Under the pieces are notes generated by a model. It ran no database searches and was not told the DNA's origin. It saw only the letters and a list, made by a program, of their open reading frames with translations. The position numbers and the translations under genes are program-made. A DNA stretch of 64,000 nucleotides from Tagaea sp. (GTDB lineage: Bacteria; Pseudomonadota; Alphaproteobacteria; CACIAM-22H2), in the NCBI GenBank assembly GCA_965279525.1, contig CBDIIB010000005.1:640001-704000 (forward strand), read 5' to 3'. Positions within the stretch are counted from its first letter, which is position 1. Each line of letters starts with the position of its first letter. Positions 49,453 through 58,872 of the stretch are shown one piece after another.

Positions 49453-49487
49453 TGGCCTGAGCCCATTGACTTCACATTTGGTCGAAG
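49453..49487 (+). repeat. Partial copy of the miniature element end
   Basis: TGGCCTGAGCCC (12 nt identical), then weak similarity; abuts the AAA stop codon. Confidence 0.55.
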
Positions 49488-49643
49488 CGGGACGATTAGA
49501 ACACGCGACCCCAGTCCCCCACGATTTCCGATTATTCGATGATTTCAATGTCGATTCCCACATTTCCCGGCATTTAAGGGAACCGATTGGAAATCAAGGG
49601 CAACGAATGCACGTCGCCAAATTTGGTACGGGCGGCAAGTCAC

Positions 49644-50831
49644 CTATCCAGGCTGTCCGTCAGGTCGGCTGAGGGCCAAGATGGGCAAGAAACGCACAAA
49701 GAATATCGCAAACCCGCTCGCCCAAAGCGCACCCGAAAATCCGATCAACTCTTGTCCAAAATCTCCGCCGAATATCGGGCCGACAATGGCGCGGCCAGCA
49801 GCCGCGGCACTTACAAGCACATAGGCCGAGACAAGCCAGCCATCGGCGAGAATCGGGCGCCCCGTGTGGCCAAGCGATGCACGCGACATCACGCCCAAGA
49901 TCATCGTTCCGAATGCGCCAAGTGTGATCGCATGGAGGGCCATGGTCTGCGTACCGATCCCAAGCCCTGCCGCCGATGCCCATATCGCAAATCCGGCGAC
50001 CAGCCACGCATAGCCGAGATGAAGGACCCAGACGATCGGCATGCCGACTGTTGCCATCGGCTTCCAGCCCAGCAGACGTACGAAGTTCAAGACAGTTGCC
50101 AGCGCGGCCAGCGCGGCGATCACGGAATCCGGAACGCTGGCGGCATCCGCAAGGAAGCAGAGCAGTACCGAGGCGATCGCCGCCTTGTCGAGGGCCGGTC
50201 TGCCGGCAAGCTCGATCTGTAGGCCTGCGCCCCGCAGTGCGTTCTGCGTAAATGCTGGGATGATCCGGCCGCCGATGGTCGCGACAAGCGCGGTGACGAT
50301 ACCGATCGCCAGATACAGGGATGGACGCGCCACGTCTTGCCACACGCCGGTTGCGTCGAGATGCACCACCAGATTGGTGCCGGAGAGCACGATGAGAAGC
50401 CCGACAATTGGGGCGTTTCGAAAGAGCCGCTTCTCCATGATCGCTCGCCCTGCCCAAATCGCGAGAGCCGGCAGAAAGCCAATATCGAGGAGAGCGAAGG
50501 CGATCGGGGTAGTTTCCGCAACGGTCCAGGCAGCGACCCGCCCTGTCGCCCATAAGAAAAACAGCAACGCGAGAGCAGATCCACGTAGCGGCGCCACGCC
50601 AGTCCAGTTCGGAACGGCCGTCAGCAAGAAGCCTGCAAGCGCGGCAGCGACGAACCCGAAGATCATCTCGTGCGCATGCCACAACATGGCCGGCAGGACC
50701 GGCTGGAATTCGACGTGCCCCACCCAAACGAGAATCCAGCCGACTGCTCCCCAAACCGCATAGAGAGCTGCGCCGAGGAAGAATGGCCGGAAACCATATG
50801 CGAAGACAGCAATACGCCCTTTTGGGGTCAC
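49644..50831 (-). CDS. nnrS: NnrS family membrane protein
   Basis: GFRPFFL, WHAHEMIFGF, FLLTAVPNWTG, GGRIIPAFT, RASLGHTGR; GTGA overlap start. Confidence 0.92.
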   Translation of the reverse strand: MTPKGRIAVFAYGFRPFFLGAALYAVWGAVGWILVWVGHVEFQPVLPAMLWHAHEMIFGFVAAALAGFLLTAVPNWTGVAPLRGSALALLFFLWATGRVAAWTVAETTPIAFALLDIGFLPALAIWAGRAIMEKRLFRNAPIVGLLIVLSGTNLVVHLDATGVWQDVARPSLYLAIGIVTALVATIGGRIIPAFTQNALRGAGLQIELAGRPALDKAAIASVLLCFLADAASVPDSVIAALAALATVLNFVRLLGWKPMATVGMPIVWVLHLGYAWLVAGFAIWASAAGLGIGTQTMALHAITLGAFGTMILGVMSRASLGHTGRPILADGWLVSAYVLVSAAAAGRAIVGPIFGGDFGQELIGFSGALWASGFAIFFVRFLPILALSRPDGQPG

Positions 50832-51391
50832 CTGCGTCGGTCCCTTATGTTTCGCGAAAGACAACTTCTATCAGAATCTGTCAGCCGCCGCCGAGCCAGC
50901 GGCAGTACAATCGCATCTTCCAGTTCCAGCACGCGACGCTGAGACTCGATGAATCTTTTCAAGGCAGCGCGAAGGCTGTCGCCAATAGCTCGATCAATGC
51001 GAACAGTCTCGAGTTCGTTCACGATAGCCAAGCATTCGGCAGCGTCTCGCGCCGGCTCGTTGGCAACCATTTCGAGAATTCTCTCTAACCCATCTGCACT
51101 TCCGCAGCGTATCCGAAGCAGCGGAAACAGTCCTTCGTCCTCGTCCAGCACATGGCGCGCCAAGTCCGACAGTATGAAGTTGATCGCGAGATGCGCTATG
51201 GCAAAGCGAGAACCCGCTTTCGGCTCTGATCCAAGTCGCGCCAGCAACGAAAGGAGTGCGCGCACTCGATAGTTCTCGGTCTCGAGATAGTCGAGCGGCT
51301 CCGCAATAAGGCGCAGATCTGCAGCCCCGATGGCAAATACATCTCCGGCAATACTGCCTCTCGTACCTGCTCCCGCCATTCCGACATCCAC
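50828..51391 (-). CDS. Hemerythrin-like (HHE) protein with degenerate ligands
   Basis: PLDYL..., RHVLDEDEGLFPLL, LELEDAIVLPLARRRL; start 51391 or 51379. Confidence 0.7.
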   Translation of the reverse strand: MDVGMAGAGTRGSIAGDVFAIGAADLRLIAEPLDYLETENYRVRALLSLLARLGSEPKAGSRFAIAHLAINFILSDLARHVLDEDEGLFPLLRIRCGSADGLERILEMVANEPARDAAECLAIVNELETVRIDRAIGDSLRAALKRFIESQRRVLELEDAIVLPLARRRLTDSDRSCLSRNIRDRRR

Positions 51392-51395
51392 CGTT

Positions 51396-52175
51396 TCACT
51401 GTTCGGTCACGCCCAATCCTTCGACGCGATAGCAGAACGCCAAGCCTTCAATATACGTCCGGAGTGCCTTGAGATAGGCACGCTCCTCAATCTGGCGGGC
51501 AATCTGGTCGCGGACGGTTGCGTAGGGCAAAGGTCGGCCGTCGGCGCGGCGCAGCAGGCGAACGATATGGTAGCCATAGCGCGTCGGCACCGGGGCAGCA
51601 CATGTCTCCCCTTCATCGAGGCTGAAAAGATAGGTCTCGAACTCCGGGACCGTCGTTCCCCGGACGATCTGACCAAGCCAGCCGCCTTGGCTTGCTGACG
51701 GGCAGGCGGAGTGCGCTTTCGCAAGGGCCTCGAACCGATCCGGCGTTCGCTCAATTTCGGCAAGCGTCGCTTGTGCTGCGGCAAGAGCAGCCGACCGTCC
51801 TTCCGGGTCATCCGGTGCTGCAGCAAACAGAATGTGCTGGGCTTCGAGCAGGTCGGGACTGCGCAAATCTCCGCCCTTTGCCTCGAACCACGCCCTGCAT
51901 GCCGCTTCGTCGGCCGGAGGGACATTTACCTCTTGTTCGAGGACGTCCTCGATCGCTTGTACGATCGCCGGCTCAGATATCGCATCGGTCGCGAGGAGGC
52001 CCAGCTCAACCGCACGACGACACAGGATTTCCCGGACGGCGACCGCACGGGCGGCCGCAAGGCGCGATTCGTCGAGCGACTTCGCCGGCCGATACTGCAT
52101 CTCGGCGGCGACGGCCGCGTCGGGCAACGCATGCCCATCGATCCGGATCGGATCGAGGCGGGGCTGGTCAGACAT
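51396..52175 (-). CDS. Parvulin-type peptidyl-prolyl isomerase (nar-associated, NifM-like)
   Basis: AQHILF, FEALAKAHSACPS...GGWLG, VPEFE, TRYGYHIV; GGAGG RBS. Confidence 0.9.
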   Translation of the reverse strand: MSDQPRLDPIRIDGHALPDAAVAAEMQYRPAKSLDESRLAAARAVAVREILCRRAVELGLLATDAISEPAIVQAIEDVLEQEVNVPPADEAACRAWFEAKGGDLRSPDLLEAQHILFAAAPDDPEGRSAALAAAQATLAEIERTPDRFEALAKAHSACPSASQGGWLGQIVRGTTVPEFETYLFSLDEGETCAAPVPTRYGYHIVRLLRRADGRPLPYATVRDQIARQIEERAYLKALRTYIEGLAFCYRVEGLGVTEQ

Positions 52176-52863
52176 GGCGGGCACCTCCACGACGGCGGAC
52201 GACCTGATAGCTGCGGAACACGTAGCCGACCGGCGCGCTCCAGATATGGACCAGACGCGAGAACGGAAACACGAGGAAGAGCGTCATCCCGAGGACGAGA
52301 TGCAGCCGGTAGGGCCACGCCACGCCGGCCAGGAGCTCCGCATCGCCGCCGCGGAACGTGACGACATGCTGCACCCATTCTGAGAGAACCAGCATGACGG
52401 ACCCATCAGGATGCTGCAGCGAATACGGAATCGTCACAAGTCCGAGTGTGAGCTGGATCCAGAGCAGAGCCAGAACGACGATATCCATCGTCGAGCTCGT
52501 CGCGCGGATACGGCTGTCGGTCAGGCGCCTGTGCATCAGGATCGTCAACCCGATCCAGCACACGACGCCAAAGACGCCGCCCGCGACAATCGCGATCATC
52601 TGTTTGAGCTCCACGCCGAGTCCGAGCGACGTGTAGAACTCATGCGGTGTGAGCAAACCCACAAGATGACCCGCGAAGATCGCGAGGATCCCGATATGGA
52701 AGAGATTGGAGCCCCATCGCAGGCTTCGGCCGCGCAGCATCTGGCTGGAACCGGAGCGCCACGAATACTGTTCACGGTCAAATCGTATAAGGCTGCCAAC
52801 GAGGAAGACCGTAAAGCAGACATACGGATAGATCTCGAACAGGAATTTCTCGATCGCATGCAT
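52168..52863 (-). CDS. narI: Respiratory nitrate reductase gamma subunit
   Basis: YPYV, SNLFHIGI, GHLVGLLTP, FPFSRLVHIWS. Confidence 0.96.
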   Translation of the reverse strand: MHAIEKFLFEIYPYVCFTVFLVGSLIRFDREQYSWRSGSSQMLRGRSLRWGSNLFHIGILAIFAGHLVGLLTPHEFYTSLGLGVELKQMIAIVAGGVFGVVCWIGLTILMHRRLTDSRIRATSSTMDIVVLALLWIQLTLGLVTIPYSLQHPDGSVMLVLSEWVQHVVTFRGGDAELLAGVAWPYRLHLVLGMTLFLVFPFSRLVHIWSAPVGYVFRSYQVVRRRGGARHV

Positions 52864-52878
52864 GGCGATTCCTCCCCT

Positions 52879-53556
52879 TCAACCGGCATTCATTCGGGCG
52901 ACCCAGTCGGCAGCCTTGCCGCACCCGGCACCGGCTGTACCACCAGGCCCGGCATCACCCGGCCCAAAGCGGACTTCGGATTCGGCCCAATCCCGGTCGA
53001 TCTCTTCCAGCGTGGGATCCCGTTCGGGAAGGCCGTCATCGGCAGGTACCGAATTCTCACCCGCCAGCTCGCGCACTGCCGAAAGCACCCCCGCATAGGG
53101 GCTGCCGCGCTTGGCAAGGCGCAACTGGATGGGGGCCAGCAACGGAGCGACTTCACGCAACATCGCGCGCGCGTCGACGACCGGTATCTGCGCAAGGAAT
53201 TCGAGGATTACCGGTAGATAATCCGGCAACTGCGATGCGGTGACCTCGAAGCCACTTTTGCGGTAGTGGGCGAGCAGGTCGACCATCGCGGGACCGCGTT
53301 CGCGCGAATCGCCATGGACGTGCTCAAACAGGTGAAGGGAAAGTGAGCGAACGCGATCGAACAACTCGACCCAGCGTTCCTGGATCGTCAGCAGATCATG
53401 CGCACCCAGCATCTCTGCTGCCGCTTCGACCCGGGCTAACGCCAGTGGCCCGAGCAGCCCCTCCGCACGGATAGCTTGCCGGATGTCCGGCAAGGCAGCC
53501 TGCATGTCTGCGCTTGGGTAGTCGAGCATCGCGCTCAGCGCCTTGAAGGTCTTCAT
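52879..53556 (-). CDS. narJ: Nitrate reductase molybdenum cofactor assembly chaperone
   Basis: LDYP, SLHLFEHVHGDSRERGPAM, LPDYLP. Confidence 0.95.
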   Translation of the reverse strand: MKTFKALSAMLDYPSADMQAALPDIRQAIRAEGLLGPLALARVEAAAEMLGAHDLLTIQERWVELFDRVRSLSLHLFEHVHGDSRERGPAMVDLLAHYRKSGFEVTASQLPDYLPVILEFLAQIPVVDARAMLREVAPLLAPIQLRLAKRGSPYAGVLSAVRELAGENSVPADDGLPERDPTLEEIDRDWAESEVRFGPGDAGPGGTAGAGCGKAADWVARMNAG

Positions 53557-53558
53557 CG

Positions 53559-55082
53559 TCAGACCTCCACCTTGCCGGGTGCGCCGACCCGCTTTCGCGG
53601 GCCGAAAAGGGAAGCTTCATTGGGTCCATCCGAGCAGCCGTTTCCGAACGTGAAACCACACGAGTTCTTGAGGTCGTAGGCATTCTCGGCGTATTCGCGA
53701 TGCGTCGTCGGAATGACGAAGCGGTCCTCGTAGTTGGCGATCGCCAGCGTGCTGTACATGTCCTCGACCTTTGCCTTGTCGAGGCCGACCCGCGCGAGTA
53801 CTTCGAGATCTTCACGCGATTCGACATGACGCGCACGCATGAAGGCGCGCATGGCAAGCATCCGCTCCAGTGCAAGCGCGACGGGCGCTTCGTCGCCGGC
53901 GGTCAGGAGATTGGCGAGGTAGCGGAGCGGGATGCGCAGCGAGCGCACGTCCGGGATGCCGCCATCCTGTTCGATCTTGCCAGCGTCCGCGGCAGCCTGG
54001 ATCGGCGACAGCGGCGGCACGTACCAGACCATCGGCAACGTGCGGTATTCCGGATGCAGCGGAAAGGCGATCTTCCAGTCGATGGCCATCCGGTAGACGG
54101 GGGATTTCCGGGCGGACTCCATCCATGCCTCCGGGATCCCCTCCGTCCGCGCCGCCGCAATCACCTCCGGATCGTTCGGGTCGAGAAAGACCGAGAGCTG
54201 GGCGGGATAGAGACCCTTCTCGTCTTCCACGCTCGCGGCAGCCTCGATCCTGTCGGCATCGTAAAGCATTACGCCGAGATACCGGATGCGTCCGACGCAG
54301 GTCTCCGAACAGACGGTCGGCTCTCCGACCTCAAGGCGTGGATAGCAGAGGATGCACTTCTCCGCCTTCCCGCTCTGCCAATTGTAATAGATCTTCTTGT
54401 AGGGGCACGCGGACACGCACATGCGCCAGCCGCGGCATTTGTCCTGGTCGACGAGGACGATGCCGTCCTCCTCGCGCTTGTAGATCGAACCCGAAGGACA
54501 GGCCGCCACGCAGGCAGGATTCAGGCAGTGCTCGCACAGGCGCGGCAGGTAGAACATGAACGTGTTCTCGAACTGACCGTGGATCTCCTTCTGGATGCCT
54601 TCGAAGTTGCGGTCCTTCGAGCGCTTGGCGAATTCGGTACCGAGGATTTCCTCCCAGTTCGGCCCCCACTCGATCTTCTCCATCCGCCGGCCGTCGAGCA
54701 GCGAGCGCGGACGGGCAGTCGGGAAGTTCTCCATCTGAGGCGCGCTCTGGAGATGTTCGTAGTCAAACGTGAAGGGCTCGTAATAGTCGTCGATTTCCGG
54801 AAGGTGCGGATTGGCGAAAAGCTGGGCGAGAATCCGCCATTTGCCGCCGAGCTTCGGCCGGATTCGGCCATTCGCTTGCCGGACCCACCCCCCCTTCCAC
54901 TTGTCCTGGTTTTCCCAGTCCTTCGGATAACCGATACCCGGCTTCGTCTCGACATTGTTGAACCAGGCGTATTCGACGCCCTCGCGCGACGTCCAGACGT
55001 TCTTGCAGGTGACCGAGCACGTGTGGCACCCGATGCACTTGTCGAGGTTCAGGACCATCGCGATCTGCGCGCGGACTTTCAT
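53559..55082 (-). CDS. narH: Respiratory nitrate reductase beta subunit
   Basis: LDKCIGCHTCSVTCK, LPRLCEHCLNPACV, CRGWRMCVSACPY. Confidence 0.97.
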   Translation of the reverse strand: MKVRAQIAMVLNLDKCIGCHTCSVTCKNVWTSREGVEYAWFNNVETKPGIGYPKDWENQDKWKGGWVRQANGRIRPKLGGKWRILAQLFANPHLPEIDDYYEPFTFDYEHLQSAPQMENFPTARPRSLLDGRRMEKIEWGPNWEEILGTEFAKRSKDRNFEGIQKEIHGQFENTFMFYLPRLCEHCLNPACVAACPSGSIYKREEDGIVLVDQDKCRGWRMCVSACPYKKIYYNWQSGKAEKCILCYPRLEVGEPTVCSETCVGRIRYLGVMLYDADRIEAAASVEDEKGLYPAQLSVFLDPNDPEVIAAARTEGIPEAWMESARKSPVYRMAIDWKIAFPLHPEYRTLPMVWYVPPLSPIQAAADAGKIEQDGGIPDVRSLRIPLRYLANLLTAGDEAPVALALERMLAMRAFMRARHVESREDLEVLARVGLDKAKVEDMYSTLAIANYEDRFVIPTTHREYAENAYDLKNSCGFTFGNGCSDGPNEASLFGPRKRVGAPGKVEV

Positions 55083-55110
55083 GTTCGTGTCCTCTTCGTT
55101 CGGGGGGTGA

Positions 55111-58100
55111 TCACTCTGCTGCCGCCGGCTTGTCCAGCCAGTCGACGGTCGCCATCTTCCGCACGACGACGAATTCGTCGCGGTTGGTGCCGATCGTGCC
55201 GTGATAGTTGAAGCCGTAGGCCTGTTGGGCGTAGCCGCCGATCATGTGCGTTGGCTTGATGCAGGTGCGCGTCACCGAGTTGTGGATGCCGCCGCGCGCG
55301 TGCGTCAGCTCCGAGCCCGGCACATTCACGATCTTCTCCTGCGCGTGATACATCATCACCATTCCCGCCGCGACGCGCTGGGAGACAACGGCGCGCGCGA
55401 CAAGCGCGCCATTGGTGTTGAAAACCTCGATCCAGTCGTTGTCCTCCACGCCGATCGACTTGGCGTCGATTTCCGAGAGCCATACGCACGGACCGCCACG
55501 CGACAACGTCAGCATCAGCAAGTTGTCGGTATAGGTCGAGTGGATGCCCCACTTTTGGTGCGGCGTTATGAAGTTGAGGGCGATTTCGCGGTTGCCGTTC
55601 GGCCGCTTGGCGAGAAGCGGCTCGATCGTCTTGGTATCGATCGGCGGCTTGTAGACGCACAGCGCCTCGCCGAATGCCCGCATCCAGGGATGATCCTGAT
55701 AGAGCTGCTGGCGTCCGGTCAGCGTACGCCACGGGATCAGTTCATGGACGTTCGTCCAGCCCGCGTTGTAGGTAATGTGTTCGCTCTCAATGCCCGACCA
55801 GATCGGCGACGAGATGATCTTGCGCGGCTGGGCCTGGACATCCCGGAAGCGGATCTTTTCATCCTCGCGCGCCTTGGCAAGGTGCGTGTGGTCGCGACCG
55901 GTGAATGTCCCGAGCGACTCCCAGGCCTTGACGGCGACGTGTCCATTGGTCTCCGGGGCGAGTGACAGCAGCATCTCCGCCGCATCGATATCGGTCTCGA
56001 TCCGCGCGAGCCCCTTCGACACGCCCTCTTCGGCGACCGTCCCATTGAGGGACTTCAAAAACTCGATCTCGGTTCCGGTCTTCCATGCCATGCCCTTGCC
56101 GCCGTTGCCGAGCTTGTCCATCAGCGGGCCGATCGAGGTGAATTTCTTGTAGGTGTTCGGATAGTCGCGCTCGACGACGATTACGGCGGGCATGGTCTTG
56201 CCGGGGATCGGCTCGACCTCGCCCTTCTTCCATTCCTTCGGCTCGAAGGCCTGGCCGAGCTCGGCCGGGGCATCGTGCAGCAGCGGCAAAAGCACGACGT
56301 CCTTCTCGACGCCGAGATGGCCGACGGCGAGTTCCGAAAACCGCTTTGCGAACCCCTTGAAGATGTCCCAGTCGCTTCGCGACTCCCACGCGGGGTCGAC
56401 CGCAGCGGACAGCGGGTGGATGAAGGGATGCATGTCGGATGTGTTGAGATCGTGCTTTTCGTACCAGGTAGCGGTCGGCAGCACGATGTCGGAGTACATG
56501 CAGGTCGTCGACATGCGGAAGTCGAGCGTGACGAGTAGGTCGAGTTTCCCCTCCGGCGCCTTGTCGTGCCAGGCGACGTCCTGCGGCTTGGTTTCGCCTT
56601 CCTCGCCGAGATCCTTGCCGAGCACGCCATGCTGCGTTCCCAGCAGGTGCTTGAGGAAGTATTCGTGTCCCTTGCCGCTGGAGCCGAGAATGTTCGATCG
56701 CCACACGAACATGTTTCGCGGCCAGTTCGCCGGATCGTCCGGATCCTCGCACGACATCACAAGGCTGCCCTTCTTGAGGCCACCCGCAACGTGTGCCGGG
56801 ACTTCCGATCCGGCTGCCGCCGCATCCTTGGCGACATCGAGCGGATTGCGCTTGAGCTGGGGAGCAGACGGCAACCAGCCCATGCGTTCGGCGCGCACGT
56901 TGAAGTCAATCAGCGAGCCTTCGTAGCCTTTGGGTGCCAGCGGCGAGAGGATCTCGTCCAGCCGGAGCTTCTCGTAGCGCCACTGGTCGGTGTGCGCGTA
57001 GAAGAACGACGTCGAGTTCATGTGGCGCGGTGGTCGATGCCAATCCAGCGCGAACGCCAGCGGCGTCCAACCCGATTGCGGGCGCAGCTTCTCCTGCCCG
57101 ACATAGTGCGACCAGCCGCCGCCCGGCTGTCCGACGCATCCGCACATCACGAGCATGTTTATCAGCGCGCGATAGTTCATGTCGGCGTGATACCAGTGGT
57201 TCATCGCCGCACCGACGATGACCATCGATCTGCCCTTCGTCTTTTCGGCATTGTCGGCAAAGCCGCGCGCGACCGCGATGATCCGGTCGCGCGGCACGCC
57301 GCAAATTTTCTCAGCCCAGGCCGGCGTATAGGGATGATCGTCGTCGTAGCTCTTCGCCGCATCGCCGCCAAGACCGCGATCGATGCCATAGTTCGCCATG
57401 AATAGGTCGTAGACGGTCGCGACCAGTGCTTCGCCGTCCTTCAGGTGCAGCTTGCGCGCCGGCACGTTACGCACGATCGTGCGCGCGTGGGCCGAGCCCT
57501 TGAAATGCGCCGAGCGGGGCGCGTCTTCGGCAGCGAAAAACGGGAACGAAACGCCTGCGACTGAATCGCGCGAGTCGATCAGACTGAGTGCAGGTGACGT
57601 CTCCGCGCCGGTCGCGGCGTTGCGGCCTTCGAGGTTCCATTTTCCCTTCTCGCCCCAGCGGAAACCTATCGTTCCGGTCGGCGCATAGGGCGTGCCCGTC
57701 GCCTCATCGATGGCCACCGGCTTCCAGTCCGGATTGTTGGTCTCGCCAAGACCGTCGGCAAAATCGGACGAGCGAACGAATCTGTCGGCAACCAGTTTCC
57801 CGTCCTGCTCGACCAGCCGGACAAGCATCGGCATGTCGGAGTAACGGCGGACGTAGTCCTCGAAGTACGGAACCTTCCGATCAAGGTGGAACTCCTTCAG
57901 GATTACGTGGCCGAAAGCCATGCCAAGTGCCGCGTCGGTGCCCTGCTTGGGATGAAGCCAGATGTCGGCGAATTTCGATGCTTCGCTGTAGTCCGGCGTG
58001 ATGACGACGGCCTTGGCACCCTTGTAGCGGGCCTCGGTGAAGAAGTGCGCGTCCGGCGTCCGCGTCTGGGGTACGTTCGAACCCCACAGGATGAGATAGC

Positions 58101-58842
58101 CGGAATTGTACCAGTCGGCGCTTTCCGGCACGTCGGTCTGCTCGCCCCATGTCTGCGGCGAGGCGGGCGGCAGGTCGCAGTACCAGTCGTAGAAGCTCAT
58201 GCACACGCCGCCGAGCAGCGACAGATAGCGCGAGCCAGCCGCGTACGAGACCATCGACATCGCCGGAATGGGCGAAAAGCCGATGATGCGGTCGGGTCCG
58301 TGCTGCTTGATCGTATGGACGTTTGCCGCCGCGACGATCTCGTTCGCTTCAGCCCAGCTCGCGCGGACAAATCCGCCCTTGCCACGGCTCTTGTGGATCG
58401 CGGAGCGCTTGGCCGGATCGTCAACGATCGACTTCCAGGCGACGACCGGATCCTTGTGCAGGGCCTTGGCCTCGCGCCACATGCGGATCAGTCGGCCGCG
58501 GATCAGCGGATACTTCACGCGGTTCGCGCTGTAGAGATACCAAGAGTACGAAGCGCCGCGCGCGCAACCGCGCGGCTCGTGGTTCGGCATATCGGGGCGC
58601 GTGCGCGGATAGTCGGTCTGCTGCGTCTCCCACGTCACGATCCCGCCCTTGACGTAGATCTTCCACGAGCACGAGCCCGTACAGTTCACGCCATGGGTAG
58701 AGCGGACGATCTTGTCGTGCGCCCATCGGCTGCGATAGCCCTCCTCCCAGTCGCGCTTCTCGTTGGTGACGGTGCCATGGCCGTCGGAGAAGCTTTCGAC
58801 ATTGCGGGCAAGAAAATTAAGACGGTCAAGGAACTGGCTCAT
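55111..58842 (-). CDS. narG: Respiratory nitrate reductase alpha subunit
   Basis: STHGVNCTGSC, PRGCARG, SFYDWYCD, TPHQKWGIH; 1243 aa. Confidence 0.98.
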   Translation of the reverse strand: MSQFLDRLNFLARNVESFSDGHGTVTNEKRDWEEGYRSRWAHDKIVRSTHGVNCTGSCSWKIYVKGGIVTWETQQTDYPRTRPDMPNHEPRGCARGASYSWYLYSANRVKYPLIRGRLIRMWREAKALHKDPVVAWKSIVDDPAKRSAIHKSRGKGGFVRASWAEANEIVAAANVHTIKQHGPDRIIGFSPIPAMSMVSYAAGSRYLSLLGGVCMSFYDWYCDLPPASPQTWGEQTDVPESADWYNSGYLILWGSNVPQTRTPDAHFFTEARYKGAKAVVITPDYSEASKFADIWLHPKQGTDAALGMAFGHVILKEFHLDRKVPYFEDYVRRYSDMPMLVRLVEQDGKLVADRFVRSSDFADGLGETNNPDWKPVAIDEATGTPYAPTGTIGFRWGEKGKWNLEGRNAATGAETSPALSLIDSRDSVAGVSFPFFAAEDAPRSAHFKGSAHARTIVRNVPARKLHLKDGEALVATVYDLFMANYGIDRGLGGDAAKSYDDDHPYTPAWAEKICGVPRDRIIAVARGFADNAEKTKGRSMVIVGAAMNHWYHADMNYRALINMLVMCGCVGQPGGGWSHYVGQEKLRPQSGWTPLAFALDWHRPPRHMNSTSFFYAHTDQWRYEKLRLDEILSPLAPKGYEGSLIDFNVRAERMGWLPSAPQLKRNPLDVAKDAAAAGSEVPAHVAGGLKKGSLVMSCEDPDDPANWPRNMFVWRSNILGSSGKGHEYFLKHLLGTQHGVLGKDLGEEGETKPQDVAWHDKAPEGKLDLLVTLDFRMSTTCMYSDIVLPTATWYEKHDLNTSDMHPFIHPLSAAVDPAWESRSDWDIFKGFAKRFSELAVGHLGVEKDVVLLPLLHDAPAELGQAFEPKEWKKGEVEPIPGKTMPAVIVVERDYPNTYKKFTSIGPLMDKLGNGGKGMAWKTGTEIEFLKSLNGTVAEEGVSKGLARIETDIDAAEMLLSLAPETNGHVAVKAWESLGTFTGRDHTHLAKAREDEKIRFRDVQAQPRKIISSPIWSGIESEHITYNAGWTNVHELIPWRTLTGRQQLYQDHPWMRAFGEALCVYKPPIDTKTIEPLLAKRPNGNREIALNFITPHQKWGIHSTYTDNLLMLTLSRGGPCVWLSEIDAKSIGVEDNDWIEVFNTNGALVARAVVSQRVAAGMVMMYHAQEKIVNVPGSELTHARGGIHNSVTRTCIKPTHMIGGYAQQAYGFNYHGTIGTNRDEFVVVRKMATVDWLDKPAAAE

Positions 58843-58872
58843 GGTCGTGTCCTCGGGCTCGATTGACTTCGA

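Noticed and set aside
55111-58842. Nitrite oxidoreductase or perchlorate reductase
   Set aside because: No Tat signal and canonical narK-narGHJI context indicate cytoplasm-facing Nar
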